Part shown: positions 54,226 to 64,000 of the stretch, in pieces
Layout: every line of letters starts with the position of its first letter
Position numbering within the stretch: position 1 is the first letter of the stretch
Assembly (NCBI GenBank): GCA_000091205.1
Contig: AP006489.2
From: Cyanidioschyzon merolae
Lineage: Eukaryota
Length of the DNA stretch: 64,000 nt
Reading direction: 5' to 3' (one strand)
Program-made: the position numbers and the translations under genes
Notes under the pieces: generated by a model
Seen by the model: only the letters and a program-made list of their open reading frames with translations
Database searches by the model: none
What the model was told of the DNA's origin: nothing

Positions 54226-55713
54226 ATGAACGCTAAACCCGAACAGCTTCAAGCGCGAGGCGGTGCTTTGCTGACTCCTCGAAGCTCAACCGCGCCGGGT
54301 GCTTTCCTTGCGGCATCGGCTGGCGTGCGCCTCTTGGTTGGCGGGTGGACAACTCGTGGAGGCACCTGTCGTCAGCGCAGTACGCGTCGTACCCCGGCCC
54401 GATGGGTCTGCATGGACCAGGGTGCTGCACCCGTGGGCACGAGGAAGAGCATCCAGGCGCTGGAGAACGCGCTCCAACCTACGGCGTTCCACCGACGCGT
54501 CACCATTTTGGGAAGCACCGGGAGCATTGGAACGCAAACCCTGGATATTGTGCGCTCTTGTCCGGACAAGTTTTCTGTCGTAGCGTTGGCGGCGAACGGT
54601 TCAAACGTAGAGCTTCTCGCGGAGCAGACGCACGAGTTTTCGCCCGAACTTGTCGCTATACGTGATACTGCCCGCCTCGAGACCTATCGGGAGGCGCTGC
54701 GGCAGCGTGGCGTCCCGGAACCGCCGCACATTGTTGCTGGCGAAGACGGTGTCGTCGAGTGTGCGCGATACGGTGACGCAGATGTCGTTGTCACTGGGCT
54801 TGTTGGATGTGCGGGTCTCTTGCCCACAGTTGCTGCGATCAAGGCCCGAAAAGACATTGCGCTGGCGAACAAGGAAACACTGATCGCGGGCGGCCCCGTG
54901 GTCGTGCCCCTAGTTCACGAGTACGGCATTCATCTGACTCCAGCCGACTCAGAGCACTCTGCGTTGTTCCAGTGTCTTCAGGGTGCGCCAGATGGCGCGC
55001 TTCGGCGCATCATTCTCACGGCGTCTGGTGGTGCATTTCGCGACTGGGATGTTTCGCGCTTAGCGCATGTGACTGCTGCAGATGCGCTCAAGCATCCGAA
55101 CTGGAACATGGGTCCGAAAATCACTTGCGATTCGGCGACGCTCATGAACAAGGGTCTGGAGGTTATTGAAGCGCATTTTCTCTTTGGCATCGATTACGAC
55201 GCCATCGAAATTGTCATCCATCCCCAGTCGATCATTCATTCGGCAGTCGAGTTTCAGGATACGAGCGTTCTCGCTCAACTCGGATGGCCAGATATGCGTC
55301 TTCCACTGTTGTACGCGCTGTCCTGGCCTCATCGGCTTCGGATTGAGACGTTTCGCCCACTGGATCTCGTTCAAGTGGGAAGTCTAACTTTTCGCGCGCC
55401 TGACCACGACAAGTATCCATGCATGCTTCTCGCGTACGCTGCGGGACGCCGTGGCGGTACCATGCCGGCGGTGCTGAACGCGGCGAACGAGGTCGCGGTG
55501 GAGCTTTTCCTGCGTAACGAACTGGAGTTTATGGGGATTCCCGCGGTCATCGAGCGCACCATGCAGCGGCATGACACAAGCGACTGGAAACAAACACCTA
55601 CTTTGGATGATCTCATTGCTGCAGATGCTTGGGCGCGTCGCACGGCACGAGAGGAGGCCGCGAAGCGCCCGATCTACCCCGCCGGGGCTAACCTGGAGAC
55701 GCAAAAGACGTAG
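54226..55713 (+). CDS. DXR: 1-deoxy-D-xylulose 5-phosphate reductoisomerase (DXR/IspC, plastid MEP pathway) with roughly 95-aa N-terminal presequence
   Basis: [150 protein letters not shown]. The ORF is open from 53800, but that stretch is a microsatellite. Chosen start MNAKPEQ at 54226; the presequence [16 protein letters not shown]...[11 protein letters not shown] is transit-peptide-like. Confidence 0.88.
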   Translation: MNAKPEQLQARGGALLTPRSSTAPGAFLAASAGVRLLVGGWTTRGGTCRQRSTRRTPARWVCMDQGAAPVGTRKSIQALENALQPTAFHRRVTILGSTGSIGTQTLDIVRSCPDKFSVVALAANGSNVELLAEQTHEFSPELVAIRDTARLETYREALRQRGVPEPPHIVAGEDGVVECARYGDADVVVTGLVGCAGLLPTVAAIKARKDIALANKETLIAGGPVVVPLVHEYGIHLTPADSEHSALFQCLQGAPDGALRRIILTASGGAFRDWDVSRLAHVTAADALKHPNWNMGPKITCDSATLMNKGLEVIEAHFLFGIDYDAIEIVIHPQSIIHSAVEFQDTSVLAQLGWPDMRLPLLYALSWPHRLRIETFRPLDLVQVGSLTFRAPDHDKYPCMLLAYAAGRRGGTMPAVLNAANEVAVELFLRNELEFMGIPAVIERTMQRHDTSDWKQTPTLDDLIAADAWARRTAREEAAKRPIYPAGANLETQKT

Positions 55714-56270
55714 GAGAGCACCACGCTCGACCAGCTCGCCGACGATCCCTGGCCTGAGACGCATCGGCGGGAACGCTGTAGTGGCGATGAGGTGAACGAC
55801 TGCAAATCTCGATCGCTGGCTACGCTGCGGGTACTGGTCGTTGCCCTCACGAGAACTCGGACCGGATCTTGGCTTGTTGATGATGGGCATACAATGCTAT
55901 TGGACAACGACGGGATGGCATTCACCCAGAGGCCTGTTGTCGTCAACATCTGTCTTGGCCGTGTTCAGGAAGGAGCAACGCTCGCGCTGCAGCAAGCGGG
56001 GGTGCCTCTACACAATAGAGCCGTATCTAAAGCAGGACAGCATCGCTATGTCAACGCGGTGTCTCTCGCTTATACGTAGCACTATCGAAGAATGGAGCAC
56101 CATGCTGTGCCATCGATTGCTCGGGAAAAACGTTCCCGATGTGTAGATACATGGCGCTCCAGCTTTCTTTTATCGCCGAATCGTACCTGACCAGTACATT
56201 GATCCAGGGGAGAATGCAGTCCCCTCTCCCATTCATGGTCACCTTTTTTTAATCGAGGGTGTTCGGAATT

Positions 56271-57326
56271 TCAGCACACTGTCCGTACTGAATACAAAAC
56301 CGTTTCCTTGAAAGCGCGCTCGACTTTAGCTGCCGGACGCTCCCGAAGCATGAGACAGATCCGGATGTTGATTGAGGCGTTCGGCTCTTGGTTCGGACAC
56401 TGCTTTTCCGCATCGGTGCAGCGGAGCCTGACCATAGAAAGCCCCTCAGCTTCCGATTGCCACGCCATGTGACTTCCAGCCAGCTTACCACGCCTCATCT
56501 CACGCATCCGGCTCCGTTTCACGCCCTTCTTCTATACCTGTTTCAGCGTGCACCCGTGCTCGTGATCCGTGCACGTCGTCGTCTTGAACGCATCAACGCG
56601 AATCGTACAGAATCGGTTCCTGAACTCGTTGAAGGCTCTCGTGTAAGGAGCAAGCGTGCCGTCCCGGCGTGGCACTGTACGTCCAGCACCAGAGGATACA
56701 ATTAAGCGATACGATTCGTCGGTAATATCCGTTCCCAACTCATTGACCAAGTTATCGAATGCAAGTTTCTTGCTTCTGTACAACAGTGACTCTAGGCTAG
56801 CAGAGCGCTCTCTCGTGTACGTTTGCCAAATATCGTCCGTGCGAGTTCTTCGGACGCCCAGAAACGCGCTAGAAAAGGCGCACGATACATTCGCTGCATG
56901 CTCGATACAGCGCACAGAGCGTCGAGGTAGGTGCTGATATTTCCCTCCATCATTCCACTTGTTCATATGCGTCTTGGCCTCGCTCATGGCGGACGATCGA
57001 TCGTGCCGGGCCCTGGAAAGTTTGAATAGCGTGAACTGCTTTCGTAGCGGGTGTTTGGCACCGTTCTCTTGATTTTAGGGGTGCGGCGGCGACGGTGGCT
57101 ACGATGTTCTAATAAGCGGGGTCCACGCTCTTTACGGACTGAAGCTCTCTTCGTCTACCCTGAATGATTGAAGACGAGTCTCGTTTGCCGGTTTGATACT
57201 TTTTGGCCCCGGTGCGGTAGGATTTTCGTGAATCGCCGGGATAGCGCCGCGACGCGGCAAACGACTCCGAGAAGCACAAGTGCAAACCTCTGACCCGACG
57301 ATCAGACCGAATTGCGTCTTCTGCAC
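56271..57326 (-). pseudogene. Decayed TnpB/Fanzor-like gene, copy e (homologous to copy b, opposite strand)
   Basis: ORF 56532..56987 (-) contains KKLAFDNLVNELGTDITDESYRLIVSSGAGRT (copy b: KQHAFANFFNELSALEEDESQTLVVAYEAGRS) and the TS/zinc-finger motif RFCTIRVDAFKTTTCTDHEHGC. After a single in-frame TAG, the same frame continues (ORF 56271..56522) with RCTDAEKQCPNQEPNASINIRI (RuvC-III D.NAA.NI, degenerate). Upstream, ORF 57132..57326 (-) HENPTAPGPKSIKPANE parallels copy b [17 protein letters not shown]. It is further broken by a stop and a frameshift. Confidence 0.6.
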
Positions 57327-59559
57327 CGTGTATCAATTGTACTGTTGCACGCAAGCTTGATGAAAGAGTTCCGCAAGAATTTGGACGGTAGACAGTCCTG
57401 CGTCCCGAACTCCGAGGAAGAGCTGCTTGACGAGGCTCATCATGGCATGAGGAGCTAAGCAACTAAGCCTCGAGTCAGAAGCTACGGGATCCGTCATTCG
57501 CGTCCTGCATCCTGCATTTTGAAACATTCTCCATGTTTATTTTTCTGGATATGAGATCTTGACACTGCGTCCGGAATGACTCTACCGTTGGTTCCAGTGC
57601 CTGCTCGCCCCCGTCTTTGTCGATCTGTCTCGTTCTTGTCAGATAGAGTCTGCTCCATTTCTTTTTCTTGGCAAAGTGGCATGGATGGGTTCGCTAGACT
57701 CCACGTCCGTTTCTCCCTCGGGATACAGGCGCACTGGATGGATCCTGACACTGAAATCCATCCCCTCTTTGTGTGTACCACTCCTCACGCGCCGTTTCGT
57801 TGTCTTCTCCGATGCGAGCACAGCTGCGGACCGTGCGCACCGCTCCGCTGCCTCCCGCGAACGCGAAGAGAAGCGACACAGCACACCGGGGGCCGGCGAA
57901 GCCAGAGAGCAACGAATGGATGAACGGTTTCACCGATGCGAACGAGTGTCCCATTGATTTGAGAGGGTGAAAATAACGTTTGTCAACATCGAAGACGTCT
58001 TCGACTGGGTTGATCCATGGGCAATAGCACGATAAGGAGAGCAGCGCAACATGAATGTCGATTGTGCACTACGCAACCGTTCCGCATTGATCGAAAGCGA
58101 CGTTATCTAAGAACGGAACAGAAGAAGGCGGGAAGCTCAAGCTACGCTTCGTGTTTCTTGGATCGCTGAGCTACGAAAAGATCTGGTATGTATGTCGATT
58201 TGTAGGCGACCACACGATTGAATCGCTTCTAGTCCTGGTGGCCTCGTAACGGCCAATCGTACCTTGTTTGCGATCAGCGGCCCGCCAGTGTTTGAGTAGT
58301 CGTATTGAGGTCTACCGTTTTCGGTGCATACAGGCTCGGTGAATGCGACAAACATCCGTCTGTCCTGAGGTAAGCGTTCGTGCTTCAGTGCGACACCGAT
58401 TCTGAGCAGTTCTACAAGCGACACTTGTCATCGAAGCGCCTTGCTTTTTCTTTCCATCTGTGTCTCTTCATCACCGTTCGGATCTATATTATGCGAGCTT
58501 TATATTCTGTGGCTTTTCGACAGTATACCTAAAAGGACGCACCGCGTGCAATGGACTGACGAGCAGACAGTCACATGGGCAGTGTTTGGCGATTCTATCT
58601 TTGGGAGCACGACCTTCGGGCTATGCACGAACAGAAGCGTCATTCGTGCACCAGATGAGCATAGAGTGACTGACGCGTAAAAGCGATGCTCTTTTTCGTA
58701 GGCTGGTAATGACAGCATCCCAAATCTCAGCAACATTGCTTCGATCCACTGAATTCATTCCTTTTATTGAATACTTGCGAGAAAAACATACAAGAAGAAA
58801 TAGGGCTTGCTTTAGAGGGGTATTCCAGAGCGCATGGCCCCAGCTATAACGCCAGCGTTTCTCGATGTCGCCCTTGTGTCGATATCGCTGACCCGTTGCG
58901 TGCTGCCGGAGACAGACTGCTTGGAAAAAACGACCTCCATCGGTGCACATCTGCTTCATCCACGCAAAAATAAAATCGAACAGTTCCTCTGACCTACCTC
59001 GGACGTATGCGATGAAGCTTGGGTGCCTTTCCACTGTCAGCGACAAGAGTCCCCGTGGGCTCTTCTCTGAAGGATTCCTTTTTCGTTCGCTTGTCTCAGA
59101 CTCGAAATACTCTGGTCGTTTCTGTTCCGCAAGCTCCATCATCAGCAGTCGAAAGTCGTTGACGGCAGCGTGAATATCCCAAATTGGCAGCTTCAGGCTG
59201 TTTCTGACCATTTCGTGCACAGGCCAAAGCTGCGGTGGACTCTTCGCTTGCCGTGTTCATCTTCTTCCTACCAAGCCTCGATGTGCATTTCGCAGTGTTG
59301 ACACCTGGTGAGGTCAGATGTTCTCATGTGTCCGCCATCACTCGTCATCTGTGGACCGGACTGTGGCGCGTAAAGACCTGCTTCATCGCACGGCACATGC
59401 TCTTGAGTGATGGCGACGGCTCGATTCGATACCCTCTCGCTTTTGCACGCCTGTCGCCGTACCCTACGATTCCGGGCTTCTTCTCGACGATACCGTCGGC
59501 GAGTGCGCTGGCCGGCGCACAACCAAGCGCACGTCTTTCTATTTGATGGAGGATCTGTG

Positions 59560-59770
59560 AAATGCGATACTGTGCATGATGAAACAGGTCCCGGGAGGAA
59601 ATCCGGATTACCGAACAAGTCGAGATATGTTGATCCGTCTACACTCCTAGCGTGCAAAGCGGTGACGCACGCTCCACTGGAAGCAATTGCTTTGATGACT
59701 CAAGTCGGTGTCCACGACTGTTTTCTATGTAAACAGAAGAGAAGGGGCCTCTGAAAGCGTATCCCATGAA
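59560..59770 (+). repeat. Dispersed repeat R1 copy f (TnpB-like N-terminal fragment)
   Basis: ORF 59407..59754 (+) KAVTHAPLEAIALMTQVGVHD matches copy a KATTHAPLEAIVAVIQVRVQD. The DNA gatccgtctacactcctagcgtgcaaagcggtgacgcacgctccactggaagc is homologous to 28305-28400 and to 21335-21360. Confidence 0.65.
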
Positions 59771-60755
59771 CGGTGTCATGCAGCTGTCGAATACCGATTC
59801 TTCACTGAACACAGAGAGACAAGCGCTTGTCCCAAGAGCAAAATCGATTACTTGACGTGAAAAAGTTGGTGAGCTTTCGGCATAAGCTTCTAAACAAGTC
59901 GCCAGGGACGACGCCCAGTTCGTTGCTTCGTCAATCCAGTTTTGTTCGTTGCTGCGTCGACGACTCGCCTTGCAACAGAGATATCGAAAACTTGCAGAAT
60001 GCCTGGTTTGAGCATGCTGTACATAAGGAAAGCAGAAATATGGAGGCTTGCCCATACGTAGTGCTTCCTGAGATCAGTTATTTTCGCAATCGCGGATCGC
60101 AGGCTCCGCGATTCATCTCGATTCTCGTTGCGTCACGGATTCCAGCGGAAAAGAGCGGCAGAGGTTCCGCTCCAGAATGACGACGGCGAATCCTCCAGCT
60201 ATATATGAGTTCGTCAGCTCTAATTGATACAATTTGAACGTCAAGGCTGCACATTTGATAGAAAAGTTCAGAACCGCCATCAAAACGCAGAAACAGAGCA
60301 ACCGGCTCCGTTTTTCAGGTGCATCTGACAGCCAATCGTTGTGAGCGCAGTCAGCGGCGACATCATGGATTCCGTGAAGAGGCAACCGCTCCGCATTGGA
60401 CACGCTATCGGAGATACCTTTTCTTCCAAACGATCCCATACCTGTGGAATATCGGCGGGGTTGTTTAAGAAACCCAAGTGCTCGCATCTAAGCTCGCGCC
60501 ACGTCGAGCGCACGCGCTGCACCTATCCCGCGTTGCGTATGATGCCGCTTCCCGAGACGGCCCTGCAACGCGATCGTGGACAGAAACCAGACCCCGGAGT
60601 GTCAATAATCCAGGCGCTTGGAGTCAGCAACCGGGATGCGTCGATAAATCGTGCGATTCGAGCTAGCGCTACTGATACCGCTCCGCCGGCGTCGTCGTTT
60701 TCTCTCTATTTTCTAGTACGAACGCGATTGTGTTTGTGTTTGAGTAAATCGTGCT

Positions 60756-62414
60756 TCATGGCAGACGCTGCCGTCGAACTGCTCGCGGGAACTGCAGCGG
60801 CAAGCGATCAAGCGACACAAATAGACCACTGCGATTGGCGCCACTTGGGCTGTTTGGTGCCGCAGAACGCACCCGTCGCACACTCAGGCCCATGTACTTG
60901 AAGTAGGTAGCGCAACGAGCAGGCGGCAGACGCAGAGCCTCCGCCAAAGCATCGACGGGCTGGTCTTGAAAACCACTGCAGTGCAAGTACAGAACGAGGA
61001 TATGATGCAGCATGCGCTCTTTTTCCACTATTCTTTTGGTCTCGGTAGAATCTGCTTGAGTGAAAATCTCCAGCAGAAGCTTACCCAGCCAGGACGGCAG
61101 CCAGCGCAGCGGCTCGGGCACATCGGCGGTATCTCCCGACAGACCGTGCTCACGAGACGCCGGTACGCGTAATTGTCGTGGCCAGCGATGGTAGCACTCC
61201 AGCAGAATCCAAAGGTAGAGGTGCGTGCATCGCTGTAAAAGAGGGTTCGAACCTACAGAAGCTGTCGTAGATGGCAGCGCTTCAGCGGCAGCGCTGGCGG
61301 GCGGCTGTTCTAGCGAGGTTGCCGTCTCTGTATCTGCGGTCTTTCGGGAACTCGTAAACTGTTCCCTCAGACTTTTCGCGTATTTCATATCGCTTCCAAG
61401 TGATTCAAGTTCGGTGGCATTGCTCTTGTATGCACTGAAGAAGCGGCTCGGGAGGCAGCCACCCAGCAGGGGATACGCTGTTTCAGGTGTCGTCGCCTCC
61501 GAGTTGTACGGCGGTACCAACCGAACGCTCTCGGTGGTGGCCTCTCGGAGACTCGGTGGCGGAGCTTCTCTCGAGATAGCATCGCGTTTGCGTACGTGGT
61601 CTGATGGACCGCGCTCCACTACGTCGGTAACGTGCTGGTTCAAAGAGTCCCCAGCGTCGTCGTCTGTGGCGTCTCCCTGGACAGCTGCCTCTGCCGCTTG
61701 CACGTTCTCATTCGTTACGTGGCGCGCCAAAGAGAGGGCACGTGCGCGTTTCTGGCGCTTGCTCCCAAACGCTGCAATGAGTGCGTTTCGCGCCTCGTGT
61801 GCTTCCCGGGACGCCTGCGACTGGACAGCGAGCTCGTCGGGGAGCTGAGCGCCGTCCGCTGCTGCAGTCTCTCCGGAGTTCTGCTGAAGCGCCAATGAAG
61901 GCACTAAAGAGCTCACTGTATTCGATGAACCCGCTCGAAGCGTGGCAGTGCTGGCGATCGGCACAATTTGTAGCTCCTGAGCTGCAGCATCGACAAAAAT
62001 CAACACGTGCTGACCGCTGGTCGCCTTTCGCCCAGCACTGGCCTCGAGACGCGCCGTCCGCCAGGCCCCTGCCTCCCAGGGGCCATCGAGCTCAACCAGC
62101 GGACCTTCAAAGGACACAGTGCTGGTTTCCAGCTGGACCCTATTACGTTGATCGCGCTGCCAACGCAAGGGCCCCAGGGGGCAACGTGCCTCCGTGCAAC
62201 CGAGAAACCGGAGCAGAACCTTGCGCTGCGCTGCGTCCTGCACAACTCGTACACGCCAGCGCTTCTCTTCACTGTCCATGGTGACCAAAGGGTGTACTTG
62301 TTGCGACTCGTTGCAGTCACCGAGAGCCACAACAAAGCAGCGGTTCAAATGGACGGTGCCGAGGTGACCGATCGACCAGGAGCAGGGCACAGGGTGCCGC
62401 CTCTGTGATGCCAC
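60756..62414 (-). CDS. RPA49: RNA polymerase I subunit A49 (POLR1E/PAF53 family)
   Basis: Conserved A49 block IAAFGSKRQKRARALSLARHVTNENVQAAEAAVQ (human EAFGTTKQKRALNTRRMNRVGNESLNRAVAKAAE). PPYNSEATTPETAY (human PPCYDDAAKPEDVY). C-terminal tandem winged-helix region HHILVLYLHCSGFQDQPVDALAEALRL (human ITAYVIILALHIHDFQIDLTVLQRDLKL). Likely true start at MDSEEKRWRVRVV (62279). Confidence 0.6.
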   Translation of the reverse strand: MASQRRHPVPCSWSIGHLGTVHLNRCFVVALGDCNESQQVHPLVTMDSEEKRWRVRVVQDAAQRKVLLRFLGCTEARCPLGPLRWQRDQRNRVQLETSTVSFEGPLVELDGPWEAGAWRTARLEASAGRKATSGQHVLIFVDAAAQELQIVPIASTATLRAGSSNTVSSLVPSLALQQNSGETAAADGAQLPDELAVQSQASREAHEARNALIAAFGSKRQKRARALSLARHVTNENVQAAEAAVQGDATDDDAGDSLNQHVTDVVERGPSDHVRKRDAISREAPPPSLREATTESVRLVPPYNSEATTPETAYPLLGGCLPSRFFSAYKSNATELESLGSDMKYAKSLREQFTSSRKTADTETATSLEQPPASAAAEALPSTTASVGSNPLLQRCTHLYLWILLECYHRWPRQLRVPASREHGLSGDTADVPEPLRWLPSWLGKLLLEIFTQADSTETKRIVEKERMLHHILVLYLHCSGFQDQPVDALAEALRLPPARCATYFKYMGLSVRRVRSAAPNSPSGANRSGLFVSLDRLPLQFPRAVRRQRLP

Positions 62415-63609
62415 CGCTGCGGTGTGCGTCGATACGAACCGATGATGATAGACCAGTTTTGTACATGTATGGATCTAAATATCAGGAATGCAATCAGAGG
62501 CGCTCATGGCAACGCGCGGCACCTGCTATGCAGCTTCGAGAAAGGCGATGTCAAGTCTCTGGTTTCCAAGCGCTCGTGTCAAACTGGGGAACCTGCTATG
62601 CAGCAACGAAAAAATACGTCAACTCTCCGGCTTTCTTGACCGAATCAGCGGTCGAAGATGCGTTTCATCGGGAGGAGAAAATGAGTCTTTAGGGTTAGAA
62701 GGGCAACACATATGCTCTGGTGTACGGAAGAGATGTACCGCTCGATGCTCCAACGGGGAGAGAACGGGCAACGAGCGGGAAGAAGTGATCCAAGGGGACG
62801 TTTGCGTTTCCAAGTTGAAGCTGAACTCTTTCTCCCGAGAACGTCATCGCGTACGAATAAAGTGCCTCGCCGCTTGTTTCTTCATCCTGATCAACTCACC
62901 GGAAATCGAGGCACACATCCTTGTGAACTTCTACATGCTGAGAACTCTCTCCCCGTCTCACGCGACCCTTGACCTAGTTCAAACGATTGTTTGTTTCCCG
63001 TCTGACAGGTACTGAAAGAATGTAGGTACGTGAAGGTCCGAAAATGGGCGAGCGAAGAGGCCACAAATACGCTCCCGTCCCCTGATTTTTTTCATTGACA
63101 AAACGTTTACTTAGGCCAGGGTTCGCCGATTATGCGCATTTTTCTTTTCTTACGTTTTTTTGTGTGTGCGTTTTTTTTCAGTGCGAGGTGAGGTATCCAT
63201 CAACCCCCTACATCTCCTGTCCCCTGATGGGAAGTTTTTCGCGCTTGCTGGATCGCCTGTACCGAGAGGAGCTGTAACGAACTCGAGAGGAACATCGGCT
63301 CGAGTTCCATGTCAAGTATTGGTGCATGCGTTCCGCTCTGACCCAAAAGAACCGAAGCGCAAACCGAGAGGCAAGAACGGTGCGCGTCAAGGAATCTGTA
63401 TTTTCTTCGAATGATGCAAATGCACCCGGAGCTTTCCATCACGAAGGCGGCGATAGAAACGACGCATATCCTAAGGAATTTTGGGTCACGTATCGCTCAT
63501 TACATCGAGCAGATGCATGGAGAGTAAACGATAAGCGTCTCCAAAGAGAAACAGAGATTGTCGGTGCCGCACCCGCTTGATCGTTGGTTAGTCTCGAGAT
63601 TCGTTTCCA

Positions 63610-63626
63610 CCCCCCCCCCCCCCCCC
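63610..63626. repeat. Poly(C) homopolymer, 17 nt
   Basis: Read directly. Confidence 0.95.
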
Positions 63627-64000
63627 GAGAGAAAGCAAAACCGAACATGTCCTTGGCGGCCGTGAGCGTGGAGGACAAGACGCATTCCCGAAGGCTTGTC
63701 TCTGAAGCATTCGTCGAAGACATCTTTGAGCCTTTCTCTGTATTACACACTGTTGGAAGCGCGTGTGAACGCTTCGAACACTTGTTGAGAATGCGGTGCA
63801 GAAGACAGAAGAGATGAACTCCGCCCCGAGACGTTCGCCCTCCGACCGAAGAAGCCTGGCTTCACAAATGGTCATATCTCTTGCAATTACTTGAGCGTCG
63901 TGAGCATCCAACGACGCCATGACATCGCGAAAAAGAATCACGACGAAACGCAATCAGGTGGAGAAATGCAGAGCAGGGCGTACGACGGAAACGTTGATAT

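Noticed and set aside
62510-62625. About 72-bp tandem duplication (cacctgctatgcagc...)
   Set aside because: Only about 60% identity over two short copies. Not distinguishable from chance.
1-64000. Operon-style functional linkage of adjacent genes (for example HDAC-UvrB, APE1-ASF1)
   Set aside because: The genome is eukaryotic, with mixed strands and 0.5-2 kb intergenic spacers. Only a looser neighbourhood hypothesis is offered.

Overview
This is high-GC (about 55-58%), intron-poor eukaryotic nuclear DNA, not a prokaryotic operon region. Genes are long single-exon ORFs on both strands, about one per 3 kb, with (CA)n/(GT)n/(CAG)n microsatellites, poly-Q tracts and at least one verified 98-nt GT-AG intron (in RAD6). 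About 20 protein-coding genes can be named from motif-level homology. They are RAD18, a GT34 glycosyltransferase, an R2R3-Myb factor, an HDAC, a full-length bacterial-type UvrB, RAD6/UBC2, KIN17, a flavin monooxygenase, GCLC, APE1, ASF1, a Nup42-like CCCH nucleoporin, bacterial-type Obg with an OCT domain, a long-chain acyl-CoA synthetase, DXR of the MEP pathway, and RNA polymerase I subunit A49. DXR and Obg(+OCT) carrying N-terminal presequences indicate a plastid-bearing lineage; the exact organism cannot be determined from the sequence alone. Four points stand out. (1) A complete UvrB of bacterial type with a roughly 245-aa N-terminal extension sits between ordinary eukaryotic genes. (2) DNA-damage-response genes are unusually dense here (RAD18, UvrB, RAD6, KIN17, APE1, ASF1). 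(3) AT-richer islands lack host genes but hold at least six decayed fragments of a TnpB/Fanzor-like (IS605 OrfB-type RuvC nuclease) family. Two fragments keep the TS/zinc-finger and RuvC-III (D.NAA.NI) motifs, and four are a dispersed repeat that encodes the N-terminal IQIGE-type region. (4) An 87-bp x8 near-perfect minisatellite lies in the largest island. No rRNA, tRNA or CRISPR arrays were recognised by eye. Coordinates of gene starts are approximate where N-terminal extensions or undetected introns are possible.
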